From Schizochytrium sp. TIO01 (lineage: Eukaryota; Protista; Bigyra: Labyrinthulomycetes), in NCBI GenBank assembly GCA_004764695.1, contig SMSO01000025.1, positions 3,782,001 to 3,846,000 on the forward strand: a DNA stretch of 64,000 nt, written 5' to 3'. Each line of letters opens with the position of its first letter. Position 1 is the first letter of the stretch. Shown here piece after piece: positions 33,501 through 46,199 of this stretch. The translations under genes and the position numbers were made by a program. Under the pieces are notes generated by a model that ran no database searches, was not told the DNA's origin, and saw only the letters and a program-made list of their open reading frames with translations.

Positions 33501-36500
33501 CCGACAAGCTGTGAAGCACGGTCTTTGTTTGAGAGTTCATAAATTCGAACATGCCAGTTGATGAGATTGACCATCGATCGATGCTCCACGAGAACGCCTT
33601 TGGGATTTCCAGTACTCCCTGAAGTATAAATCATGTATAACGTGCTACGAGAACCATGCCATTGCTGAGCATTTGAGCCCCATGACGAAGAAGCTGGCGG
33701 GGGTAAATTTGTCACTGCTCGGATCGCTCCAAACGCTCGCTCAACCTTACTTGCAATGCGATCCCAGCGCAAGTCAACAGGAATAATTAGCGGGAGATTT
33801 GGGATACTCTCGAGGCCCTGATGGCTTAACAGTTGCAATGAATGCCGATCGCAGAGAAGAACACGCATCTGCGAATCCTTGAAAACATAGGTAAGGCGTT
33901 CTTGCGGCCAGGAAACATCCATAGGAACGTAAGCGCCTCCAGCTTTTGCAACAGAGAGCATACCCAAAATCATGTTGGGTGAACGCTCCATAAACAAGCC
34001 CACATTCACTGAAGGTTCAACCCGACAGCGGTAACGCAAGTAGCGCGCAAGCATGTTTGCTCTTGCATTCAGCTCGCCGTAGGTCCAAGTCCTACCTCGC
34101 CATGCCACAGCGCATGACAAAGAATTAGCCTCTGCACAGGCTTCGAAGAGTGCGTGTACACATGTGAACTGATCAAAGTCGCGCTTGGTTTGGTTCCATT
34201 CGGAAAGAATGAGCCTTTTTTCAGACTCGGTAAGAATTGGCAAACGACAGTACAAGCCTTGCGGGTTTTCCGCGCTGCCGTGGATTAACTGCTGCAAGTG
34301 GTCAGCGAAGCGAAGAATGGTGTCTTCGGCAAACAGCGCAGTTTTATACTGTAAGCCAGCACGGAGCCCACCCTCTTCTGTTTCAGATTTGGTGATGATC
34401 AACTGAAGGTCATAAGGCGATGCTTCCTGAATAACATCCCTGCGAAGTTTCATTTTTAAATGCGATCCAACCGTAACGGTTTCTCCAGACTCAAGCCGCG
34501 CCAACGAAGGCGTTTCTTTAGATTCAGCTGAAAAGGATTGATTAAGCGACAAGAGGACCTGAAAAATAGGGCTACGTCCCGCACTACGGTGAGCAGCCAT
34601 TTTCTCAACGAGAACAGCAAAGGGGTACTCTTGATGCTCGAATGCAGAGAGGACAACAGTTCGGGCTTGCCTTAGCAAACTACGGAAGTGGTCCTCCTTA
34701 CTTACGTGCATGCGTAATACGACAACATTTGTGATGTTTCCGACAGTACGATCAAGTTCGGGTACAGTGCGACATGCCATCGGAGTACCAATAAGAATAT
34801 CCTCTTTCCCGGTGTATCGATACAATAGACCAGCATAGAAGGCCACCAGTGCCATGAATAGGGTTGCACGTTCCAGGTGTATCGCCTCTTGCAGCTTAAC
34901 TAAACTTGCTGCGTCCAGATCAAAAAAGTGCCAGGCTCCGTCTCGAGTTGATACGTTTGATTCTTGCTGTGCTGAAGAAACTATAGACTCCGTGGGATCA
35001 GATTCCACAGGAAGGTCAAGAGATGCTTCGTGGCCAGCCAGCTGGCGTTGCCAAAAACTCCATAACCTCGAACCGGCTGAAGAATTCATTTCCTCTTTTT
35101 GTAACTTCGCAAACTCCGCCACAGTCATTGTTGGCTGAGAAGGCCGCACAATTGATGTTTCAGATACTGCAGCATCATACATTTCACCAAGATCCTCCAA
35201 TAAGACATCAAGTGACCATCCATCCATGGAAATATGATGAGCAGTAAGAAGCAGAACCGGGTGTTTGTTACTATCAACAAAAAGACGTGCTCGAAACGGG
35301 GCATTCCGAGTCAAGTTCCATGGACGATGCAGTTCTGCTTGCAAGAGCTCATGTAATGTTTCTTCGGAAGCTTGGGGATCCATGTCCGCGACAAAGTCAA
35401 CCTTGTTGGGCGCCAAAGCATCCCCATCATTGTGGACATCATTGTCATTATCGTCCTTTGCTTCGGACACTTCCAGATGTAACTTGGAAGGGACTTCATC
35501 TTGCTTCGAGGTGAGTGGAGGATAAACGATCTGGTATGGAACACCGTTTTCTTCTCCATACATTGTGCGCAAGGAAGGGTGGCGATTCACAAGCCCTTGT
35601 AGTGCAGTACGAAGATACCCAACATCTACTATCTTGTGTTTTTCATCTTGATCATTTTCTTCGAATAAAGCTTCGAGTGTGCAACAGACATGGACTACAT
35701 AGTCGACACGCTTGGGATCCATTTTATGCATGAACCAGAGAGATTGCTGATTGTATGAAAGAACACAAATTTCAGGTGTTTTGCCGGATGAGGATGGTGC
35801 AATGTTTGCTTTCTTAGTGGCTGCATTGAGCTTTTGAAGCCTTTCTTGCAACGCTTGCTGAGCACGCATGCTTCCAGACCACATTGGAGTATGAGCCATG
35901 GTCAATGGTGTCGTGAGATATTCAGAGTCCATCATCTGGCTATTGGATGAAGAACCTCCTTGATGGTAGCCACTTGTGTTATCAGACTCGAGAGAACCCC
36001 CAGGGTGTTGAGGGTCAGAAGATGGAGTCTGACCTTCTCTCACACGACGTAATGTTGATGATGTGTGCGATGTGGACAAAAGGCTTCCGCGCTCCTCTTC
36101 TGTGCGTGGGTAAAGACTTCCGACACCATCCCGACGGGCAGGTGCACGCCTTTCTTGAAGCCACTCACTAATCCCTGTATCGCGCAAACTTGAGGATACG
36201 AAAGAAGTGGAAAGACGCTTTGTTGTGGTAGGAGCACCAATAAGGGCGCCCTGGGGTGCTCCGTTGTTTTGATTTTGAGAACGTGATGAAGGTCCACGCA
36301 AGCTACTGCGCATGGAGAATGCCTGCGGTGTAGGACTAAAACGAACTGACGGGGTCTCGTAAAGACCCTTGATCTGAGATCTTGATCCACTTGGGGCGCT
36401 CGCACCGCCAGCACCTGTAATGGGCGTTTTTGCTTTAGCGGAGTTGATGTACATGACTACAGATTTTAGAGTCGGGGACTGAAGAAACTTCGAAAGGGGC

Positions 36501-39500
36501 ATATCAATGCCAAATTCTCCACGTAGTTTGCTCATCATACGCGCTGCTGATAAGGAGTGACCACCTTCTTCGAAAAAATCCATAGTTGCTTCCATTTCAT
36601 TCGGGTTTCTCCCAAGGGCATCGGCGAAAATCTTACGAACGGTTTGCGCAAGGTCCGAACTAACATCAAGTCCACGTATAGACCTGGATCCAACCGTTGA
36701 CCCAGAGTCACGCCGCTTTCCTAAGGACGTCGATCGAGCCGTGCCCTCCCCATCATCGGCTGGTTTACCTTCTTTCTTTTCCACAGTTTCTGAGGCTTGC
36801 GGATCCGGTAAAGCACGACGGTCAACTTTATGATTCTGAGTGAGCGGGAAGGCTTTTAGGAAGACGATCATACTTGGAACCATGAAGTTTGGAAAACAAG
36901 CACCTAAGAATTTGCGAAGGTCTGACGAAGTGGCTTGAGTACCCTCGCGTACAATCACATAACCAACGAGGAACTTGTCGCGGTCGCGCTGGCGTACGAC
37001 CACAACGGCTTCTTTCACCGAAGGATGCTGCAGCAGCTCTGATTCGATAGCCACAAGCTCTATGCGGTTGCCTCTGATTTTCACCTGTGTATCCCTTCGC
37101 CCCATGAACTCAACGTGACCATCCTCACGCCAGCGCACGAGATCGCCTGTTCGGTACATACGTGGATAGTCCTTCAATATGGGTGCAAGATCAGCAGCAA
37201 GGTCCTTAGGGACCGGCAGAAAACGCTCTTTGGTGAGTTCAGGGAGATTAAAGTAGCCACGTCCAACTTGAATACCAGCGATAAAAAGCTCTCCAAAGAC
37301 ACCAATAGGTAAAGGTGTAAGGTGCTCTTGATCTAGAATTAAACAAGCGACACCCGATGCAGGCTTGCCGATTGAAGGAGGTTCTCGCATACCTGGAGGA
37401 ACTGTAGTCATGGTGGCATTAACAGTGGTTTCTGTTGGACCATAGATATTCACCAGACGATATGGGGCATCTGAGCGAGTTCCAAAGTGCAGACGGTCTC
37501 CACCAGTATAAATGAGACGCAATGCGCCAAGCTTGGCACGAGGTCGCGCAGAATCCTCTTCGAGAACCATTTCGCAGAGTTGGGTAGTGAGGAAACCCAT
37601 ACTTACACGGTTTTCGACAACCCAATCTAGAAAACGCGGTGCCACAACGCTAACATCTGAGTCCGTGACCGGTACCAAACATGCTCCGACAGCCAGAGTA
37701 GGCCAGGTGTCAGCAATAGACGCATCAAATGCTAGTCCGGCACAGGCGAATACCCTATCCTCTTCCGTCATTTGGTAGTATTTGATATGCCAGTGAATGT
37801 AATTCACAATAGAGACATGTTCAAGAAGCACTCCTTTGGGTTTTCCGGTTGATCCAGATGTAAAAATAGCATAAGCAAGCTGCTTGCATGAATGACGGGG
37901 GTCATAAATCTGAGTCTCACTTGCCAAGGAAATGACATTATCCCAATCTCGATCAACGACAATTTGCCGACCCTCAAAGCTTTCCGGAATGCCTTGCACC
38001 AAAGAGGCCTCTGTGAGGATTACAGTTGAATTGGCTTCGTCAAGCATGGTTCGAACACGTTCCGGAGGATACTTAGGATCCATTGGCATAATCACGCCAC
38101 CAGCTTTTAAAATCGCAAGCCACGACACTGTTAGATGAGCAGTACGAGTCATGAAAACTGGAACGAGCGTTTCATGTCGAACTCCTGCAAAGCGCAAAAA
38201 GTTGGCCAAGCGGTTTGACCGAGAGTTCAGTTCTCGATATGTGAGTACCATAGAAGGAGTTTCAACACAGATTTTGTCTGGGGTCTGTGCTGCTTGTCTC
38301 TCGACGAGCTCATGTATTGTAGCCGTGCTGACCTCGGGTGCGGGGCGGGCTTGGTTGAAATCAAACAGAATATGCTTACGCTCCTCTTGAGAAAGCAGTT
38401 CAAGGTCAGAGATATGCAGCCGTTCTGGCTCAGATGCTGCCACTTGCTCAATAATTAATTGCAGACTATTGATAAGTCGAGTCATTGATTTTTCACGAAA
38501 GATGTCCGTGTTGTAATGAAACGAGGTCGCCAAGCGGTCGTCTTCTAGACACATCATCAATGTCAAGTCAAATTGAGCATGTAAATGCGGGCACGTAAGC
38601 GACTCCATTTCTGGAACTCCTTCGCCAAAGTTGAGCTTGACCCCGTCAAAACCAAGCAAGGTTTTGGCCAAACCAGGTCGCTTTACATGGGGGCGCTGTA
38701 ACACAAAAGCAACATTAAACATTGGGTTCTCACCAGTGCTACCACTGCTTTGTCCAGCTCCTGACCGGGCTAATTGTTCAACGAGGTAAGGGAATGGTAA
38801 TGCCTGGTTATCAATGCCACGAAGCATCACCGCAGCTACACGGTTCCAGAGCTGAACAAGTGTAGGATCACCTGAAAGATCTGCGCGCACAACGATAGGG
38901 TTCACAAAATAACCAATGATCTTTTCAAACTCCTCACGCCAGCGTCCAGCTGTGGGGACACCAAGTTGTATGTTGTTTGAGCCGGTATATGCTCGAAGTA
39001 CTATGCTGAAACAAGAAAACAAGATAACAGACAGTGTAAACCCGGTCTTCGTACAAATGTCCACAAGTTTCTTTGTGTTTTCAGTTCCGAGTTCAAAGCG
39101 CAAAGCGGAGCCACGAAAAGACTTTACTGCAGGGCGAGGGGCATCGAGGGGCAGTTCCATGTTGTCTCGAGAATTATCATCCCTGTTTTCCTGAAGCTCT
39201 TTCATCCAAAAATCAAGAAGACGCTGACCACGAGGGCCTTCAATGAGACGATGCTGCAGAGCGATGAAGTCTTTGTAGGTGAAGTCAGATTCAAGTGCAT
39301 CCGGCGGGGTGGGGTTTCCACGGTAGGCGTCCATCAACCTATCAAGAATAAGGACCATGCTCCAAAGGTCGGTGACAATATGATGAACAACAAGAAGAAA
39401 AATTTGGGTTCCATCCGGGAGATTTGCGAGACGAAGACGCATTAGAGGACCATTGGCAAGATCAAAGAGCTGGTATGTTTCACGACTTAGCCATGATTTG

Positions 39501-42500
39501 ATGGTTTCCATTGAATTAGAATTCAAATCTTCCTCTGACATGTCAACTTTTGCATCAAAAATTGGAATAATGACACGTTCCACAGTGGCATCTGCATGAG
39601 TAGCAGGGATATATTTCGCGCGTAAGGCTTCGCTATCTCTAGTGATCTGTTCAAGAGCTCTGCGAAGCTTCTTCGGATCGAGTGTATTCCCAGGCGTAAG
39701 TCGACATGAGAAAGGAACGTTGTAAGCCTTGCTCGCCCACTCATTTTGGGCTTGGCAAACCAGCCACAATGATTCCTCATTAAACGACGGCATATCGTTA
39801 TAGTCATGGACAGGAAGTTCATCTCCTTCATCCAAAATATCCATATTCTGAGGAAAATCACTTCCCTGAGATGCTTGTGTGCTGGAGTTCCCCAGAGTAG
39901 TTGCTGCGGCATGACAGTACGCCTCAAGCCGAGGAAATTTGTATAAAAGCGAGACAGGAACGTCTGTGTGCAACAGACGACTCATTTGCGCCGTTACACG
40001 CCCAGCACCCAAAGAATCACCTCCTGCTTCAAAAAAGTGCAAGGACCTTGGGTTTGCATGTGACGAATCCTGACTGCTGAGACCCAAAGCTTCACAGAAG
40101 ATTCCCCACATGTTGTCTACCAAAGCGCTATACTTTGTTTTGCCATCGCTCTTGCGCTCAACTTGCAAGCGAATGTTAGAGCTTGTAGGCCCAGATGGCG
40201 AATCCTTGCCACTATTATCAGAACCCGCCGCTCCATCTGAGGAACCATGACCCGTCCCCGGTGCTGGAAGACTTCTTCGATCAACTTTGTGATTTGGTGT
40301 GAGCGGAAAGCTTTCCATCTCAACAAAGGCAGAAGGTACCATAAAAGACGGAAGTTCTGATGCCAGGCTAGCTCGAATCTGACCAGCAAGTACACCCGGT
40401 GCCTCATCAGTAAAATTATCCTTGGCGATAAAGTATGCTACAAGACGCTTATTACCTGGTGTATCTTCACGTGCAATAACGATAGCTTCTTTAACTCCCT
40501 CGCATGACAGCATCGAACTTTCAATAGCCGTAAGTTCGACACGGTTTCCACGAATCTTTACTTGGGTATCAATTCGCCCAAGGAAGTCAATCTGGCCATC
40601 AGGCAGCCAACGGCAGAGATCACCAGTACGATACATGCGTGTCGTTCCAACATCAAACGGGTTAGAGATGAACTTTTCTGAAGAGACCTCAGGCATGTTT
40701 AAATAGCCTCGAGCCAGTTGCACGCCGGATAGGAAAAGTTCGCCGTACACACCAACAGGCACTGGCGTAAGCGTTTCTGCTTCAAGAATGAAACATTGGG
40801 TGTTTGGAGCGGGCGATCCAATTGATGGAGGAACACGCAACCCCTCTGGAACATAGCACATTGTTGAGTTGACTGTATTTTCTGTGGGACCATAAATGTT
40901 TACGAGCTCGTAACGGGCGCCCATACGTGTGCCCATGTGCAATCGATCACCGCCTGTATAGACGAGCCGGAGAGTTCGCAGATCTTGGCGTGGGTGTGAC
41001 GCATCCTCCTCAAGGAACATTTCACAGATTTGGGTTGTCAGAAAACCCATCGTGGCCCTTTCACGAATGATCCACTCAATAAGACGGGGCGGGACAACCG
41101 CAACATCAGGATTGACAATCGGAAGAAGACAAGCGCCAACAGAAAGAGTAGGCCACGTGTCTGCAATGGAAGCATCAAAAGCTAGACCTGCACAAGCAAA
41201 CACGCGGTCATCTTCAGTCATACGATAGTACTCAATATGCCAACGAATATAATTTGCAAGAGATCCATGCTCTAACATTACACCCTTGGGTTTTCCAGTG
41301 GAGCCACTGGTGTAGATTACATAGGCCAGGCTAGATAACTTCGACTGGCGCTCCTCTGCAGATGGAGGGGGCGGAGGTTGGCGACTGCCTAGCTGAATTG
41401 CACGATCCCAGTCGCTGTCAACGTTAACAAGGCGCGGCGAGGTTCCCGCAAAAAGATCTTCAAGACTCGACTCTGTTATGGCTATTTTCGCATTCGCGTC
41501 TTCTAGCATGACCTGGATACGGGATGCGGGAAATTTGGGATCAGTCGGCATAATCGCACAACCTGCTTTAAGGACAGCAAGCCACGCAACAGTCAACATA
41601 GGTCCGCGGTGCAACAGGACCATTATGGGATCCTGTGGTGCAACTCCAAGAAGCTGAAGAAAGTTAGCTAACTGATTTGCTCGTGCGTCAAGCTCACGGT
41701 ATGTCAAACTTTCACGGCCTCCATGGGCAGAAATTGCAACTGCATCGGGGGTACGTTTGGCAGCACGCTCAACAAGTTCATGCACACAAAGGTCTTGCAT
41801 GTCTGGAGCAAAAGTGCGGGATGTCTCATTGAATTTACGTATAACGAGGTCTTCCTCAGCGGGGGGGATAATTCGAAGGTCTGAGATGCGGGCTTCAGCA
41901 AAGCGTTGAACCACATCTTCCAATAGTGTTTGAAGGTGTACACCCATGCGCGCTACAGTATTTTCAGAAAGCGCGTGCATATTGTAGTGCAAGGCTAGAC
42001 GGAACACGGGTGAAGTAGTACCTACGAGTCGTATATCATCTGTACATTTCTCTACCATGAATTGGTGGGGAATGGGTTGCATTCGCACGCCACCAAATGT
42101 CAGTGGTTTGCTGAGTTGCTGCTGAAGCTGATAGGAGGCAATCTGAGAGGTGTCCATGGAAGAGAGCACGGAGGACTGATCATCCAGCCTACCATCCGAA
42201 CCGATCATGCTCCCTTGTTCAAGGCCCAGCACAAAACGCATTACTCTGGAGCTGATCAGTGGTAGGCCATAGTCCTCAACAATGTTTCCATACATTTCAA
42301 CGCCAGCGGAGTATATTGGTTCTGAATTGTTTCCAATTGCCTGAAGAATTTCTGTAAGGGGAACATCAGCATTGTTTTCAGCATCAACAAGAGCCTGATT
42401 CATGCGATCTGAAAACTCTCTCATGGATGGGTGATCTGCACTTTGTACGCGGAGAGGAACCCAATTTTCAAATGAGCCTACAATATTCTTCAATTCTGCG

Positions 42501-43309
42501 TGCTGTGTCCTGCCAGAGATATGACAACCAAGAATGATGTCTGTTTTGCCCGTATATTTGGAAAGAAGAGTATGGAAGGATGAGATTAGTAGCACGCGTA
42601 AAGAAATGTGTTCCTGCACAGCGAGTGTGCGAAGTTTATCGCCAAGCTCTGGTGGCAAGTTGATCACCGATTGTGCAACAAGGTTCTTCCGAGGTTGCGA
42701 GCTTGTTGAAGGCAGTGTGACAGACGGGGCCAATGATCGAGTGCAAGCCGGTTCTGGCGGAAGTTCCAGCTTTGGAAGTGGTCCTGCAAGTTCGTGTTGC
42801 CAAAAAGACATTTGTGTGTCCTCTCCCGAAGCTTTCACAGCTTCCCGTTGTTCGGCGCGCCATGCTTTGTAGTCTTCATACTGTACCTCGAGCGGCGAGA
42901 GAGTAAAGCTGATGCCTGATTCATACAGCAACTTCACATCCGAAATGAGCAAGCAAAATGACAAGGGATCCACAAACTTTCGGTTGGCTAGCATCGCTAG
43001 GATATCTTTGCCAGGGTAGCATCTTATGATACGAACCACGAGCACATGGCTTTGGTCTGGGTCGCTGAAACTAACATCTGCAAGATTGTTTTGCACAATT
43101 TCCGAGTCGGATTTGCCCTCAACGGCCTCGGAGTCATCAACCAGAATACGAAAATCAAGCTTTTCAGGTCCTGCTAGCAGCGCCTGCCGCTCACAGGCTC
43201 TCAGTATACTGCTTTCGAGCGCCTCGGCATCCAGGCTCCCCACGCTCGACGCCACAAACTGCACCACAGAGAGGCCCTCTACGCCGCGGTTCCCGGCGAC
43301 CTCCACCAT
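30173..43309 (-). CDS. Trimodular non-ribosomal peptide synthetase C*-A-T-C-A-T-C-A-T-R (terminal thioester reductase), about 4380 aa; true start may lie upstream
   Basis: Three A domains (Y/FTSGSTGxPKG, YGPT/SE, YRTGD, QVKIRG, A10 Lys). T domains FFEAGGDSL (~40015), FFEEGGHSL (~36555), FFDLGGHSL (~32340). C motifs HHIVTDL (39365-39385) and HHISMDG (35220-35240); degenerate NRKFVDP in C1. R domain with VTGATGFLG and YAQTKWVAE. First ATG is at 43309 (the ORF track starts at GTG 43342). Confidence 0.97.
30464..30590 (-). repeat. CAG/CAA runs encoding polyglutamine tracts in the NRPS C-terminus
   Basis: A poly-Q run of more than 20 residues and one of about 10 residues are visible in the translation. 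Confidence 0.9.
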
Positions 43310-46199
43310 CGTGTCGTGATTGCCACGACGGCTCTGCGCCACGCTTGAGACCCCTGGCTCACTGAGGAAGGGTGTCTACGCGCAAACGAGCTGCCGGCAC
43401 GCAGCAAACTCCGCTCGGACCCAACCTCGGTCCCAGTTTGAATCTATTTAGTTGAATTCAGGTTTGGATTTGGATTCGGATTTCTGTCTTTCTTTCTTTC
43501 TTTCTTTCTTTCTTCGCTCCTTATTTCTGCGATGTATTTCTTTTTTATAAAATCAAAAAAATCAACAAATTTTGAACAACAAATTCAAAAACTCATCATC
43601 AGCTCTTTAAGAGAGACAGTGGGCAAGCAGCCAGCCCCAGGCCAGGCAAGTGAAACAAATTTACCCGCAAGTAGGCTATCCGCATAGCCTACAGTGCCGC
43701 AAGTGGAACAAACCGCGCCACAAATAGAGTATCGAAATGCTACCGGCGCTAGCCACTCTCAGAGGCAGCAGGATTCCTTCTTTAAGACTTGAGACTCACA
43801 GAAGGAGGACTCGCCAATGCGCGAACGAATCGCTTGCCGCTGCCTGCCTGCCTCCTGTCCTTGTCCACAGGCCGTGTCTGCTCTTCGCGGACGATGCCTG
43901 CCTGCCTGCTGCCCGCCTGCCTATGTCAAGGACCACGATCATGATGACATGACAACGTCTATCTATCGATCTCTCTGTTTCGCAAAAAGCAAGAAATCAT
44001 AGCCTCGCCAAAAAGGTTGATACAGGTTCGGGGGTCATGCATTGCATTTATATGGGAAGCTGCAGAGCTTGTAGTAAAATCTGGGCAGCGTGGGAGCACG
44101 CGAGTCAAGGCTCTCTTCGAAGCTTTGGGCTACAAATCGAAAGGAGCTCCGCTTTCGAGGCCGCGCAGGGCCGGCAGTCTGGCCGGCGCGCGGGGGAAAG
44201 GGGCGGCGCGGGGACCTGCTCTCTCCATCTCGCCGATGCCGACGTGGCAACCTCCGTCGGGCAGGTTTCGCGGAGACCAGCTCCAAGCGCAGCGAACCAG
44301 ACTCGATGGACTGACCTCGAAAGACCCGCCATAGTATACGTACTCACTCACTACAAAGAAGAGCGAACTTATGGGTCGGGGAAAGCGCACACTATCTGCG
44401 CATCGGTCAGCTGCAACTCTTTGCCTGGAGAGGCTGCGCACGCCATTGGGCTCCAACGCTCGGCTGAAGGAGCTTCTTCTCGCGCCGATGAGACATCCGT
44501 AGCATTGATCGGTTTCCTGAGCGAAATATAAAGTTGCTCGAAATCTCGTGCTGGACATATTAGTTTTGTCCCTATGCGTGGTTAAGTTTTCGTGGAGTCA
44601 CTTGTGAGATATGTGATAGGCTTTCTCTTGTTCTCTAGCTAGAGCCGCTCTGATGTATTGTGATGTCGATATGGGAGTGTTGCTTTCATTCTGGGAAATA
44701 AGGAAATGACAGGAGTTGTTCCCGCAAGATATGTTATAGTATTCTTGTCCTGGTCTAAGCTAGTGCTAACGCCTTAGTGCAAGTTTTGCGTCAACTAAGA
44801 AAACTCAAGGTTCTCATGGGACGCCTTGCTACGCTTGACCTTTGCGCGGACTCCGTCTTGTCGCTAGCTATCTACCATTTTCGGTTGCTTCGAAGTGTGG
44901 CATTGTGCTGTTGTTGACCAAGCTTGACTTGCTACTTTAACCTTATCGAGCAACACCCTTTAGAATCGTTAGCATAACTTAGATATTTCAATTTGTACTT
45001 TACCTTTTAGTGGAGGCACACTCTGCGATCCTTACTCTAGAGTTATGTTGCTCGCCAAACTCTTTGGCCTCTAGCTGAAAATATGAGAATTGACACCATT
45101 AAAAACTGAAAATCCCAAAAGGAGTGGAGGAGGAGAGTCCGTGTTCATTTGATGTTCAAGAATCTAATCTGAAACCTTATCTTCAAGGGAACAAGACTGA
45201 AGAGGAGATAGCCCCTGCAACTACCTGCGTAGGTATCTAGACTAGGTATGGCGCTACTTTTCTTGACCACAAAATGCAAGAGAAGAAACCATACCAGCTA
45301 GGTGCGTAGTAGTAGCTTCGATACCTAGTAGTTTTTGGCCAAGTCAAAGGACTTACAGGAATAGTCTTACCTGCCTATGTTTTCCCTTCCTACTACATAA
45401 AATACCTGCTAGTTGCAATCGGACAGGCAATCAAAAGCCCAGGTTGTTGAAAGCAACCTGCTTCGTAGCAAGTTTGCCAAAGTCTTGCCACATAGGAGGA
45501 TAGCACTAGGTATACGGGCTTCCTGAGTGTGCCCCTCGAACCTTTTTTTCTCTCTTCCCCGCGAAACCTTGAATTTGCTGTGTTTTCATTTCACTGAGTA
45601 CATCGATCTAAGTAGGTGCTACGATGCTACGAAGAAGGTGGGTTTCTTCGCATTGGCTCCTTTAAGTTCCCTGCAATTTCTCCGCGATTAGGTTGCACCA
45701 AGCCTGGACACGTCCCACGTGCAACTTGTTCTCACGGTTTTCAAGGGTCTGCAGTGCGGATATGTACCTAGCTAGCTAGCTATCAACTGGTAGCACAACT
45801 GAGTCCAGCCTGTCCGCGAACTTGAAGAAACGAGAGTCAAGAAAAACGAGGGCAAACGACAGTGATGGGCCCTCAACGATAAGAGAGTGAGTGCCCTCTA
45901 GAGTAAGACACAGCTTTCATATATGCGGCCTTTTGGGTTCATGGTCGGACCCTATAGTATCCTCCTCAGTTTTACTCCGCCGCGCGGATAGTTGATACCC
46001 TAGAAGGTACCTAGCTAGTACACCCATGAGACTTGAAAGCAAGGGAACTTGATGTAATGTTATTTTTGGAGTGTAATCCGATTGCCGCCAAATCCAGTAG
46101 TCTGCCTGTATCATACCTCCCCTGAGGAACACGCGAGGTGGGCGCATTCGTAGGCTCTAATTCTGTTTTGTAGCGTGTTTTGCGGGACCAGTGGACAAG

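Noticed and set aside
39890-40130. GGDSL in T1 suggesting a downstream epimerase
   Set aside because: Only one C-sized domain (HHIVTDL) lies between T1 and A2; there is no room or motif for a separate E domain.
30173-43342. NRPS as bacterial contamination
   Set aside because: It is contiguous with intron-bearing eukaryotic genes, has similar composition, carries polyQ insertions and shows no operon structure.
43737-44558. Several overlapping 60-164 aa ORFs between the NRPS and TANGO2
   Set aside because: GC-rich promoter-like DNA, mostly non-ATG starts, no domain motifs.
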